From a bacterium (lineage in GTDB: Bacteria > Hydrothermota > Tepidihabitantia > Tepidihabitantales > Tepidihabitantaceae), in assembly GCA_046485285.1 (NCBI GenBank), contig JAWOHE010000018.1, positions 1 to 16,960 of the forward strand: a stretch of DNA of 16,960 bases, in the 5' to 3' direction. Numbering within the stretch: the first letter of the stretch is position 1; the number at the start of each line of letters is the position of its first letter. Below, piece by piece: positions 1-7,953 of this stretch. A program made the translations under genes and the position numbers. The notes beneath the pieces were generated by a model. It worked only from the letters and a program-made list of their open reading frames with translations, made no database searches and was not told the origin of the DNA.

Positions 1-69
1 AATCCACTCATTCACGCTCGGCGGCAACAGAAAGAGCTGGTTCCTGTTGTCATAGGGACGGATGGGCAT
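1..69 (-). CDS. IS1182-family transposase, N-terminal 23 codons (runs off the left edge)
   Basis: ATG at 69 reads MPIRPYDNRNQLFLLPPSVNEWI, matching the QxxLLPPSxxEW start typical of IS1182 transposases. Strong SD (AAAGGAGG, minus strand 79-86). Not in the ORF track. Confidence 0.8.
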   Translation of the reverse strand, partial: MPIRPYDNRNQLFLLPPSVNEWI

Positions 70-188
70 GAGTCAGCGCCTCCTTTCATCCAGCAGCCGG
101 ATTGTCGAGGAAACCAGCACTGCCCTTCAGACGCTGTCAATCCCCTAATAGATGCACGAACCGAATCGGCTGGTTATTGGACAAGCTC
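1..188 (-). mobile_element. Left end of an IS1182-like insertion sequence
   Basis: Contains the transposase start. Positions 1-190 are visibly less GC-rich than the rest. Candidate terminal IR GAGCTTGTCCAATAA (minus 188-174); TTGACA on minus at 140-135. The partner IR lies outside the window, so the boundary is inferred. Confidence 0.6.
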
Positions 189-335
189 CACTTCCCGGAT
201 TTTCTCCACTCCGGCCGCGGCGGCCGTCGGTCGAAATGACGGGCGGCGGGGCGAAGACGAAGACGCAAGGGGCGGGGTGAGAGGCGACGGATCGGCCCCA
301 CGCAGGGCCGGTCCGCGTCTGCGGTCGTTGCGCGC

Positions 336-365
336 CCTGGAACCCGAGCGGCCGGCTGAGGCCGG
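336..365. repeat. Dispersed 30-bp intergenic repeat, copy A
   Basis: CCTGGAACCCGAGCGGCCGGCTGAGGCCGG is 26/30 identical to 1333-1362 and overlaps a hairpin at 344-380. Confidence 0.6.
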
Positions 366-421
366 CGTTCACCCGCTCGGCGGCGAGCCGGGCCGCCTTT
401 CGGAACTCCGCGCCGCCCGGG

Positions 422-1123
422 TCAGGCGGCGACGGTCTCCTCGCGCACCAGGAGCCAGGCCAGCGCCGCGATGATGCCGCCGACAAGTGGCGCCACGATG
501 AACACCCAGAGCTGGGCCAGGGCCGGTCCGCCGACGACCAGGGCCGGGCCCAGGCTGCGCGCCGGGTTGACCGACGTGCCGGTGATGGGAATGCCGACAA
601 GGTGGATGAACATCAACGCCAGGCCGATGGCGATGCCGGCGAAGCCTGCCGGCGCCTTTTCGCTTGTCGCACCGAAGACGACGAACACGAACAGGGCGGT
701 CAGTACTATCTCGGCGAGCACCGCCGCGGCCAGCGGGTAACCGGCCGGCGAATGCGCACCGAAGCCGTTCTGGCCGAGTCCGTTAGCCGCCAGTGAATAC
801 CCGGGCAACCCGCGGGCGACCGCGAGCAGCACCAGCGCGGCGAGCACCGCGCCGATGCACTGTGCGACCACGTAGAGGATGGTATCGACGAACTTCTGCT
901 TGCCCGCGACCAGCATCGCCACCGATATCGCGGGGTTGATGTGACAGCCGGATACCGGGCCGACCGCGTAGACCATCGCGAGGACCGCGAGCCCGAATGC
1001 GGCTTATATCCCGGCAAAACCGATATGGCCGCCGGCGATCACCGCGCTGCCGCAGCCGATGAACACCAGGCAGAAGGTGCCGATGAGCTCGGCCAGCAGC
1101 CGCTTCCAGCTCTTCTGAGCCAT
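422..1123 (-). pseudogene. aqpZ: Aquaporin Z (MIP family) with an in-frame TAA at codon 40
   Basis: ATG 1123 with SD GAGGAGG reads [54 protein letters not shown], in frame with ORF 422..976. Two NPA motifs (HINPA, SVNPAR) and an AqpZ-type ar/R filter (F, H, T, R). The stop is at 1006-1004. Confidence 0.9.
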
Positions 1124-1332
1124 TTCGCCTCCTCGGGTTTGACTCCGTTACTCCTCTGGACGCAAAATACCACCTTGTCGCTTCCCAGAGTCTTCTCGGT
1201 CACAGGGCTGGCCTGTCAAGGGAACGCCCGGGGCCGCGTCCGTGGCGGGCGGCGGGCCGGTTTTCAAGCCCGGCGGAGGGCGCGGTCCGCGGGAAGTCCC
1301 GCGGGCCGCAGGATGCAGGAGGCGGCGTCGGT

Positions 1333-1362
1333 CCTAGAACCCGACCGGGCGGCTGAGACCGG
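1333..1362. repeat. Dispersed 30-bp intergenic repeat, copy B
   Basis: CCTAGAACCCGACCGGGCGGCTGAGACCGG is 26/30 identical to 336-365. Confidence 0.6.
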
Positions 1363-1367
1363 TCGGG
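1340..1367 (-). terminator. Possible terminator hairpin downstream of the SPFH gene
   Basis: Perfect 9-bp stem CCCGACCGG/CCGGTCGGG with a 10-nt loop, 23 nt after the stop; only a weak U tail (TTCT). Confidence 0.35.
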
Positions 1368-1390
1368 GCGCTCCCCGCGCCGGTGAGGCG

Positions 1391-2302
1391 CTACCGGTTG
1401 ACGTTGAGGAGCGGGGTGAGCTTCTGGTCGAAGGGCATTATCACAAAGGTGTTGTTGGTGCCTTCGGCGACCCGCTTGAGCGCCTCGACATAGTACCAGG
1501 TAAGGTAGCTCGAGGTGAGACTGCCGGCGATGGTGCGGTTGGCGGCGGCGATGCCGCCGGCCTCAATTTCCTTGCGCTCGGCCTCTTTCTGCTCCTTCTG
1601 GAGCGTGAACTCCATCTTCTGGGCGCTTTGTTCCTCGGCGAGTTTCTGCTCGATTGCGGTCATCACGATGTCGGGGAGCTTGACCCGGCGGAGCAGGACG
1701 CGCTCGCGGATGACGCCCTTGCCGGCGAAGGCGTCGTCGAGGAGCGAGTCGACAATTGCCGTGTAGACGGTGCGGCCGCCGGCGGAGTAGAGCTCGGTGG
1801 CGGTGAACCGGCTGGCGGCGTCGCGGAGGGCGGTGCGGATGGAGGGCCGGACGATCTTCACCGGGTAGTCGGGGCCGATGTTCTGGTAGACCCAGCTCGC
1901 CTGGAGGACGTCGAGCCGGTACCAGACCGTGACGTCGAGCTGGACGGTGAGGCCGTCGGCGGCGAGCGCCTCGATGGCGTCGTCGCCCTTGACCAGGCCT
2001 TCCTCGCGGATGCTCGACATCGTGTAGGCGTTGGTGCGGACATCCATCAGCACGACGTTGACGATCGGGATGACAACGTTGAGGCCGCTCGACATCTGGT
2101 TCTGGACCCTGCCGAGCAGGACCGGCACGCCGGCGTGGCCGGGCGGGACGACGCGGAAGAACGAAATGGCGAAGAGGACGGCGAGGATGACGATGACGGC
2201 GATGCCGGCGCGCTTCGCGACGAAGCGGGCGCGGCCGCTCTGGCGCAGGGCAGCATAGGCGACGAGGGCCGCGATGGCCAGGATGACGATGATACCGAAC
2301 AC
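1391..2302 (-). CDS. SPFH/band 7 (prohibitin-like) membrane protein, 303 aa
   Basis: Two N-terminal TM helices, VVPPGHAGV, DGLTVQLDVTVWYRL, coiled coil AIEQKLAEEQ...EAERKEIEAGGIA. GTG start with SD AAGGAGG. Confidence 0.92.
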   Translation of the reverse strand: MFGIIVILAIAALVAYAALRQSGRARFVAKRAGIAVIVILAVLFAISFFRVVPPGHAGVPVLLGRVQNQMSSGLNVVIPIVNVVLMDVRTNAYTMSSIREEGLVKGDDAIEALAADGLTVQLDVTVWYRLDVLQASWVYQNIGPDYPVKIVRPSIRTALRDAASRFTATELYSAGGRTVYTAIVDSLLDDAFAGKGVIRERVLLRRVKLPDIVMTAIEQKLAEEQSAQKMEFTLQKEQKEAERKEIEAGGIAAANRTIAGSLTSSYLTWYYVEALKRVAEGTNNTFVIMPFDQKLTPLLNVNR

Positions 2303-2345
2303 GGGACCTCCTTCAGGTTCTTCGAGCCGTTGCGGTCAATAGCAG

Positions 2346-2374
2346 AGTCTGGCCCGTCCCGGGGCCGGAGTCAA
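2346..2374 (-). promoter_or_regulatory. Sigma70-type promoter for the SPFH gene
   Basis: TTGACT (2374-2369), 17-bp spacer, CAGACT (2351-2346). Confidence 0.5.
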
Positions 2375-2392
2375 GCCGGAAGCCGTCGGCGT

Positions 2393-2617
2393 TCAGCGGG
2401 CGATGACGACGCGGCGGGCAGGCGCCCAGGGGTCACCGACGACGTAGTAGACGCCCGGGCTGAGCCTGCGGACGTCGTTGGGCCCGGGCGCGAGCGCCAT
2501 CACCCGGCGGCCGGTCACGTCGACGAGGCAGGCGGTGCCGGAACCGGGCGCCGGGCCGGGCAGGAGCAGGGTGCCGCGGATGACGGTAGGCAGGGGGATG
2601 CGGGCGGCGGCTGTCAA
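2393..2617 (-). pseudogene. Orphan C-terminal sorting-domain fragment (T9SS type-A/FlgD-like CTD) with no passenger domain
   Basis: PTVIRGTLLLP...LVDVTGRRVMALAPGPNDVRRLSPGVYYV...RRVVIAR* resembles the DxxGRxV...LxxGVY...KVV pattern of CTDs. No signal peptide or SD. Start uncertain (TTG 2617 or 2662). Confidence 0.6.
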
Positions 2618-2643
2618 GCCCTGCCGGAAGCGCTTGATAGCGC

Positions 2644-2672
2644 TTGACTTGGCCGACGGCAAAGGTTATCAT
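2644..2672 (+). promoter_or_regulatory. Sigma70-type promoter for the methyltransferase
   Basis: TTGACT (2644-2649), 17-bp spacer, TATCAT (2667-2672); ATG follows 9 nt later. Confidence 0.75.
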
Positions 2673-2681
2673 CGGGCGAAT

Positions 2682-3713
2682 ATGGCGAAGAAATACACCG
2701 TCCTCGAGACATGGATTGTCAACGAGACCCAGCCGGTCGAGTCGAACAGCGCCGAGCAGACCTTCAACCGGCTCGAGACGCCACCCGACGGCGGTCTGCC
2801 GTTTTCCGACGAGATTCCCGAGTTCCACGACGAGGAGCACTTCCGGCAGGACGCGCAGATTCGCGATTTCGTGGCGCACCTGTTCGGTGCGGCGAGCGTG
2901 CTCGACATCGGCTCCGGCCACGGCTGGCCGCTGTTGCGGCTGGCTTCGGTGTTCAACACGGTCACCGGGGTCGACGCTTCGACGCGCCGGGTCAAGGCCT
3001 GCGCGGCGAACGCCGAGCGGCTCGGGGTGACCAACGCGACGATAAAGTACATGAACGCGACCGATCTGTCGTTCGGCGACGGCACGTTTGACGGCGCGGT
3101 GGCCGCGAACTCGCTCGAGCAGACGCCGGACCCGTACCAGGTGATGCGCGAGGTGTACCGGGTGCTGAAGCCGGGCTCGAAGTTCCGGGTCTACTTCGAG
3201 AGCTACGACCGGCTGGACAAGCCGCTGTCCGAGCAGTTGTTCCTGACCGACGCCGACGAGACGCTGGGTTACCACTACGTGCTTCGGCACAAGCGGCCGG
3301 CCTGGGAGCGTAGTTACCTGGTCAAGTTCGAGCCGACGCCGGAGATGCGGGACGAGTTTCGCAAGCTGGCTGACCTGTCCGAGCGGCTGGGCGGCAACCC
3401 GGCCCAGAACCCGGAACTCGGGGTCCAGTTCCTCGAGCGCAACCGGGAGCGGATTGCCGGCGCGAGCTGGTACGAGCTCGAGCATTTCACGAGCCAGACA
3501 CTCAAGGAGTCGCTCGAGGAGATCGGGTTCGTGAACGCCCGGGTGGCTTGGTCCTGCGGCGCGCTCGCCGGGGAGATGTGGCCGCGGGTCAAGCACGCCG
3601 ACCTGACGATGGAGCAGATGCGCGACGTCCTGCAGGGTCTGGCCGACGCCGCGGTGCGGCTCGACGCGCCGCCCGGGCTCGGCGAGCCGGTCGTCGCGAC
3701 CCGGCCGCGCTAG
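2682..3713 (+). CDS. Class I SAM-dependent methyltransferase, 343 aa
   Basis: Motif I VLDIGSGHG, VTGVDAS, SFGDGTFDGAV, EVYRVLKPGS. Start set at ATG 2682 (MAKKYT) just after the promoter. Substrate unknown. Confidence 0.9.
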   Translation: MAKKYTVLETWIVNETQPVESNSAEQTFNRLETPPDGGLPFSDEIPEFHDEEHFRQDAQIRDFVAHLFGAASVLDIGSGHGWPLLRLASVFNTVTGVDASTRRVKACAANAERLGVTNATIKYMNATDLSFGDGTFDGAVAANSLEQTPDPYQVMREVYRVLKPGSKFRVYFESYDRLDKPLSEQLFLTDADETLGYHYVLRHKRPAWERSYLVKFEPTPEMRDEFRKLADLSERLGGNPAQNPELGVQFLERNRERIAGASWYELEHFTSQTLKESLEEIGFVNARVAWSCGALAGEMWPRVKHADLTMEQMRDVLQGLADAAVRLDAPPGLGEPVVATRPR

Positions 3714-3784
3714 AACCGGCGCGCCGGGGCAGGGAAAGCAGGAGCGAAGGCCGCCGGCCCGGCAGGCGGCAGGGAGCGGATGCC

Positions 3785-5017
3785 ATGAAGTGTGGATTGG
3801 TAGTTTTGCTCGCGGCGGCGCTGGCGCTGAGCGGCTGCGGCCGGGAGGAGCGCTTCGCACCCGGAGATACCTACCGACGCATCAGCCGGCCCGAGGTCTG
3901 GCGGGCCCTGCCTTATGGCCAGGCCGAAACCCTCGGTTTCGAGCCCGGCGACCTCCTGATTGTCTACAACCGCGAGCCGGTGCGGTCGAACGACGCGGTC
4001 GTCGCGGCCCAGGCACGGGCGTCGGGCGCCCCCAGCCGGATACCGGTGACGGTCCTGCGCGACGGGCGGGAGGTCGAGTTCGAGGTCGAGCCCGGGCCGG
4101 TCGGCGTGATGCCGGTGGCGGCGCGCCACCCGAGCGGGCTGGCGGTGGCGCTCGAGGACATCCTGCGCGCGCTCGGGATGTTCGCGGACTACGACTGGCT
4201 GGCGGCGCTGACCGGCGAGTCGTTCACGCTCGCGGCGGCGGCCGGCGAGTGTCGGGCGTGGTGGTCGGGCGGCGCGGCGGGCAGCTACCTGGACGACATC
4301 GCACTGATGGCCGGGTTCGAACTGACCCGGGTCTACTCGCTGGCCGACGGCGGCAACGGCCGGGCCGCGGTCCGGGCGGCGCTGGACGCGGGCCGGCACG
4401 TGCTGGTGCGGGGCGGCTGGCCCGGCCACCGGGGCGGGTTCTGGGGCGTCGCGGTCCGGCACGACCCGGAGCTTGACGCGGTCTTCGGCTACACGCTGGA
4501 CAGTGCTGAGGAGATGCCGCTGGCGGGCGGGCTGGCCGAGGCCTATGTCATCGAGGCTGGGCCGGGCTGGGATGATGCCGACGAGGTGCTCGCGCTGGTG
4601 CTGAACCAGGCGCTTGAACTTGGCTATGCCCGCGAGGGAGATGGCTGGGAGACCGGGCTCGCGGCCTACGACCTCCTGATCACCAGCCTCGACACGGTGC
4701 CGTTCTGCCCGGTGTGCGGGGAGGGCGAGAGCCCGGTCTGTTTCGGCCGACTGGTCTGGTCGATGGTCGCCCACAAGGAGAGCGCGATAAGGTTCCTGAC
4801 CGCGATGCGCGAGGCGGCGCCGGACCAGGCCGCGCTGATTGACGAGATAGTCGGCGACCTGCAGGCCCAGGTCGGCAAGCTCGAGGGCATCGCCCGGAGC
4901 GGGGCACGGATCGGCCGGCTCGAGGACCAGCGCCGGATTGCCCGCGTGATTGCCGAGATCCAAGTCATCGAGAATGACCTGCTCGGTCTGTACGAGCAGT
5001 TGCTGGTCGCGCTCTAG
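3785..5017 (+). CDS. Putative lipoprotein with a PDZ-like domain and an uncharacterised C-terminal region, 410 aa
   Basis: MKCGLVVLLAAALALSG-C lipobox; GFEPGDLLIVYNREPV...VTVLRDG is PDZ-like; CPVC motif later; GGGAG upstream. Confidence 0.75.
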   Translation: MKCGLVVLLAAALALSGCGREERFAPGDTYRRISRPEVWRALPYGQAETLGFEPGDLLIVYNREPVRSNDAVVAAQARASGAPSRIPVTVLRDGREVEFEVEPGPVGVMPVAARHPSGLAVALEDILRALGMFADYDWLAALTGESFTLAAAAGECRAWWSGGAAGSYLDDIALMAGFELTRVYSLADGGNGRAAVRAALDAGRHVLVRGGWPGHRGGFWGVAVRHDPELDAVFGYTLDSAEEMPLAGGLAEAYVIEAGPGWDDADEVLALVLNQALELGYAREGDGWETGLAAYDLLITSLDTVPFCPVCGEGESPVCFGRLVWSMVAHKESAIRFLTAMREAAPDQAALIDEIVGDLQAQVGKLEGIARSGARIGRLEDQRRIARVIAEIQVIENDLLGLYEQLLVAL

Positions 5018-5050
5018 CTCGTCGTTTCGGACCTCGCCCGGGCCGGGACG

Positions 5051-6994
5051 CTATCGCCCCGGCCCGGGGTCTTCTTCGTAGATTTCGTCGTGGTTCGGGG
5101 CCGGGTCGTGGATCCAGTTGGCGTCGAGCAGGTCGTCGGGGTCGAGCGTGCTCGAGGTGAGCACGACGCAGTGGCCGAACGACCAGCCGATCTCGCAGTT
5201 GGCGATGACCGGCGCGCTCTGGCGGACGTGGAGGATGCCGGGATGGCTGTAGCCGCCGTAGAGCAGGCGGCAGCGCTCGAGCCGGGACTGGCTGCCGGCG
5301 TAGCGGTCGAGGGTTATGCCCTGCCAGGAGCCGGGCACGGCCTCGGTGCCGGTGAAGGTGATCGAGTCGCCGGAGCTGGTGGCGGACAGCCGGCCGAGCG
5401 AGTCGCGGCCGACCTCGAGGCCGGACTCGCGGTCGAAGACGAGCCGGACGCCGCCGTCGATGACCAGTATCGGCGCGGCGTCGCCGCCGACCATGACGAG
5501 ACCGGTGACGCGGTAGGGGACGCCGAGGTTGCGCCACTGCGAGGTGCGATTGACCCGGCCGGGGCGGACTTCGACCGTGTCCCGGGCGTTGCCGTCGAAG
5601 CGGTTGTCCGGGCCGATGGTCCCGAGCCAGCCGGCCTCGATCGACAGCGGGATGCCTGCGCCGGCGGTGATGGTGTTGCGGGCGAACTGGTTGAAGCCGG
5701 CGCCGGAACAGCGCACGCCGGTCGAGCGGCTGCCGGTGATGGTGACGTCGGTGACGGTCGCCGGCGCGAGGACCAGCAGGGCGGCCGAGGCGCCGCGGCC
5801 GGCGCCGGAGATCACGCAGTTGCCGAGCGCGGTCCGCAGCGGGTCGGCCGCGGGCCAGAGCTCGATGCCAGGCCAGCCGGCGGTGTCGAGCGGGGCGAGA
5901 ACGACGGGTACGCCCTCGCCGACGACGCGGAGGGCACCGGGCAGGCCGACGCCGACGCGGATGCCGGCCGAGTCGGCGAGCAGGACCGAGCAGCCGGGCG
6001 CGATGACGAGGGTCGGGGCGGCCGGGCCGGCGACGGTGACCGGCCCGAGCAGGGCCCAAGCCCAGGCCTGTCGCTCCCAAGTCAGCGGCTCGCGCAGGTC
6101 GCCGCCGGTGATGCCGGCCGCATCACGGCGGTTCCCCGAGAAGACGTTGTCGGGCGCGAGCCGGTCGGTCCAGGCCGGGCCGACCCGGACCGGCAGGTCG
6201 CAGGCGGTGACGAAGTTGGCGCTGAACCGGGCGAAGCCGGTCGATTCCGCGACCGCGCCGAAGCGGAGGGCGTGGCGGAGGGTGCAGGACTCGACAACGA
6301 GGCGGGCGACGTCGGAGTAGACCAGGTCCCGGCCGTACTCGATGACGCAGTTGCGGAGCCAGGAGCTGTCCGGCCCGGCCGCGGGGTGGAAGCCGAGGCC
6401 GCGCCAGTCGCCAGCGGCCGGCACACGGCTGAGGGAACCGAACCGGACCGGCCGGCCGGGCAGGCCGGAGGCCTGGAGCGCGCCGGGCAGGCCGAGCCCG
6501 ACGGTGATTGCCGCGCCGTGTTCGAACAGCACCTCGACGCCGGCCTCGATGCGAAGCCGGGCGCGGACGTAGAGCTCGCCCTCGACGATGTGGGGGTTGC
6601 CGGACTCGGTCCAGGTCGTCGCCCGGTCGATTTCGTCGGAGTGCCGGGTGCCGGGGTAGACCCGGACCCGTACCGGGGCCGAGGTCGCGGTGGCGCCGGC
6701 GGCGTCGCGGGCGACGCAGACGAGCTCGGCGATGGTGTCGGGCAGGAGCGCGGCGGAGTTGAACGCAAATGTGTAGACGCCGCCCGCGGCGGTGGACTCG
6801 ACGCCGAAGCTCCTGCCGTCGGCGAGCAGTTCGACCGACACGACCGGGTTCGGGCCGGACGCCCGGGCCCGGACCGTCGTCGAGCCACGGACAAGAGTGC
6901 CGCCGCGCGGCTCGATGATGCTGACCCGGAGCGAGAGCGGGCAGGAGAGGGCGAGCAGGACGAGTCCGGCGGCGACGCGAATGACGCGTACCAT
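5051..6994 (-). CDS. Putative lipoprotein with an Ig-like domain and parallel beta-helix repeats, 647 aa
   Basis: LLALS-C lipobox; Ig-like segment (VSIIEP...VVSVELLADG...VARDAAG...SAPVRVRV); three repeats of W..P..V..LxIxxGxxxxF..VG..G.L..GxWxG..LxxCxI. Confidence 0.82.
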   Translation of the reverse strand: MVRVIRVAAGLVLLALSCPLSLRVSIIEPRGGTLVRGSTTVRARASGPNPVVSVELLADGRSFGVESTAAGGVYTFAFNSAALLPDTIAELVCVARDAAGATATSAPVRVRVYPGTRHSDEIDRATTWTESGNPHIVEGELYVRARLRIEAGVEVLFEHGAAITVGLGLPGALQASGLPGRPVRFGSLSRVPAAGDWRGLGFHPAAGPDSSWLRNCVIEYGRDLVYSDVARLVVESCTLRHALRFGAVAESTGFARFSANFVTACDLPVRVGPAWTDRLAPDNVFSGNRRDAAGITGGDLREPLTWERQAWAWALLGPVTVAGPAAPTLVIAPGCSVLLADSAGIRVGVGLPGALRVVGEGVPVVLAPLDTAGWPGIELWPAADPLRTALGNCVISGAGRGASAALLVLAPATVTDVTITGSRSTGVRCSGAGFNQFARNTITAGAGIPLSIEAGWLGTIGPDNRFDGNARDTVEVRPGRVNRTSQWRNLGVPYRVTGLVMVGGDAAPILVIDGGVRLVFDRESGLEVGRDSLGRLSATSSGDSITFTGTEAVPGSWQGITLDRYAGSQSRLERCRLLYGGYSHPGILHVRQSAPVIANCEIGWSFGHCVVLTSSTLDPDDLLDANWIHDPAPNHDEIYEEDPGPGR

Positions 6995-6995
6995 C

Positions 6996-7805
6996 TCACC
7001 AGACGGTGCCGGTCGTGAGGTAGCGCCAGCCGGGCTCGTCGCGCTCTAGGAAGACCTGGATGCTGCGGGTGCGGCGGGGCGCGCCCGGCCGGCGGGGCTT
7101 GAGCGGCAGGATGTCGATCGCGCAGAGCGCGACCGAGCCGAAGTTCCGGGTCAGGGCGAACCGGAACGCGAACGGCACTGCGGGCAGGCCGGTCCCGGCC
7201 GTGAGCTGGTCGGGCGTGCAGACGACGGTGGGGTAGCGGGGAAGCCAGCCGGGCGCGCCGGACGGGTGGACAACGAGGATGGTGTCGGGCCGGCGGAGTT
7301 CGAGCGGCGCGGCGGCGAGCCCGGTGCCGACCAGCCAGTCGAGCGCGGCCGCGCGGATGGCCCGGACCTCGAGGCTGTCGCGGTTGCCGTAGGCGAAGGA
7401 CTGGTCGAGGATGTTGGAGAGCCAGGCGACCTGCCAGGCCTCGTCGGCGAACACCCAGGCCTGGTAGATGTATTCGTAGTCCTCCTCGCCGCCGAAGACG
7501 ACCCAGGTCGAGGCCTGACCGCTGATGCCGCGCGTGCCGACGGACCTGCCCTGGGCGATGGCGACCCGGCGGCCGCCGTGCCAGCGAGCGAAGGCCGAGT
7601 CGAAGCTGGCAAAGCTGATTTCCTCCTGGAACGTCGGGACGAAGAGCCGGAACACGGCGCGGGAGTCGGTGAGCGTCAGTGCCTCGGTCAACTCGCGGAC
7701 CCGATTCTCGAGCTCGTACCACGAGCGCGGGCGCGGGGTGACCTGGTGAGCGGCGCTGGCCGCGGCTGCGGTGAGGAGAATCAACCACAGTACGCGGCCA
7801 GTCAA
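6996..7805 (-). CDS. Hypothetical secreted protein, about 269 aa, possibly NTF2-like
   Basis: TTG 7805 gives the signal peptide MTGRVLWLILLTAAAASA-A. The ORF-track extension to 8030 runs through the tRNA. Stop TGA is 1 nt before the next ATG (6994). Confidence 0.7.
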   Translation of the reverse strand: MTGRVLWLILLTAAAASAAHQVTPRPRSWYELENRVRELTEALTLTDSRAVFRLFVPTFQEEISFASFDSAFARWHGGRRVAIAQGRSVGTRGISGQASTWVVFGGEEDYEYIYQAWVFADEAWQVAWLSNILDQSFAYGNRDSLEVRAIRAAALDWLVGTGLAAAPLELRRPDTILVVHPSGAPGWLPRYPTVVCTPDQLTAGTGLPAVPFAFRFALTRNFGSVALCAIDILPLKPRRPGAPRRTRSIQVFLERDEPGWRYLTTGTVW

Positions 7806-7806
7806 A

Positions 7807-7882
7807 CGGGCCCGACCAGATTTGAACTGGCGATCTTCGCCGTGACAGGGCGACGTGTTGAACCAGGCTACACTACGGGCCC
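7807..7882 (-). tRNA. tRNA-Asp (GTC), CCA not encoded
   Basis: Full cloverleaf of 76 nt: GGGCCCG TA GTGT AGCCTGGTTCA ACAC G TCGCC CTGTCAC GGCGA AGATC GCCAG TTCAAAT CTGGT CGGGCCC G. Discriminator G is followed by TTT. Confidence 0.96.
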
Positions 7883-7892
7883 CAATCCCGGA

Positions 7893-7921
7893 ATGATATT
7901 CAGGCGGCCGGCGGTTGTCAA
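7893..7921 (-). promoter_or_regulatory. Sigma70-type promoter for tRNA-Asp
   Basis: TTGACA (7921-7916), 17-bp spacer, TATCAT (7898-7893), ending 10 nt before the tRNA 5' end. Confidence 0.85.
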
Positions 7922-7953
7922 ATCCAGCGGCGCGGGTACGCACGAACCGGGCC

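Noticed and set aside
1004-1006. Stop-codon reassignment or programmed readthrough in aqpZ
   Set aside because: Single instance; UAA is read by both bacterial release factors and is not the Sec or Pyl codon. A point mutation or error is far simpler.
941-2647. Long + strand ORF (568 aa) and similar long ORFs such as 5090..7018, 3710..4963, 9486..10796 and 12979..14697
   Set aside because: Antisense or shifted-frame shadows of well-supported genes, expected at high GC; no motifs and biased composition.
2478-2681. N-terminal extensions of ORF 2478..3713 (also 3548..3784 and 14646..15335)
   Set aside because: They overlap promoters or neighbouring genes; better starts are at 2682, 3785 and 15336.
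7807-7882. tRNA-Asp as an integration site for a genomic island
   Set aside because: No integrase, no duplicated tRNA 3' end and no compositional break nearby.
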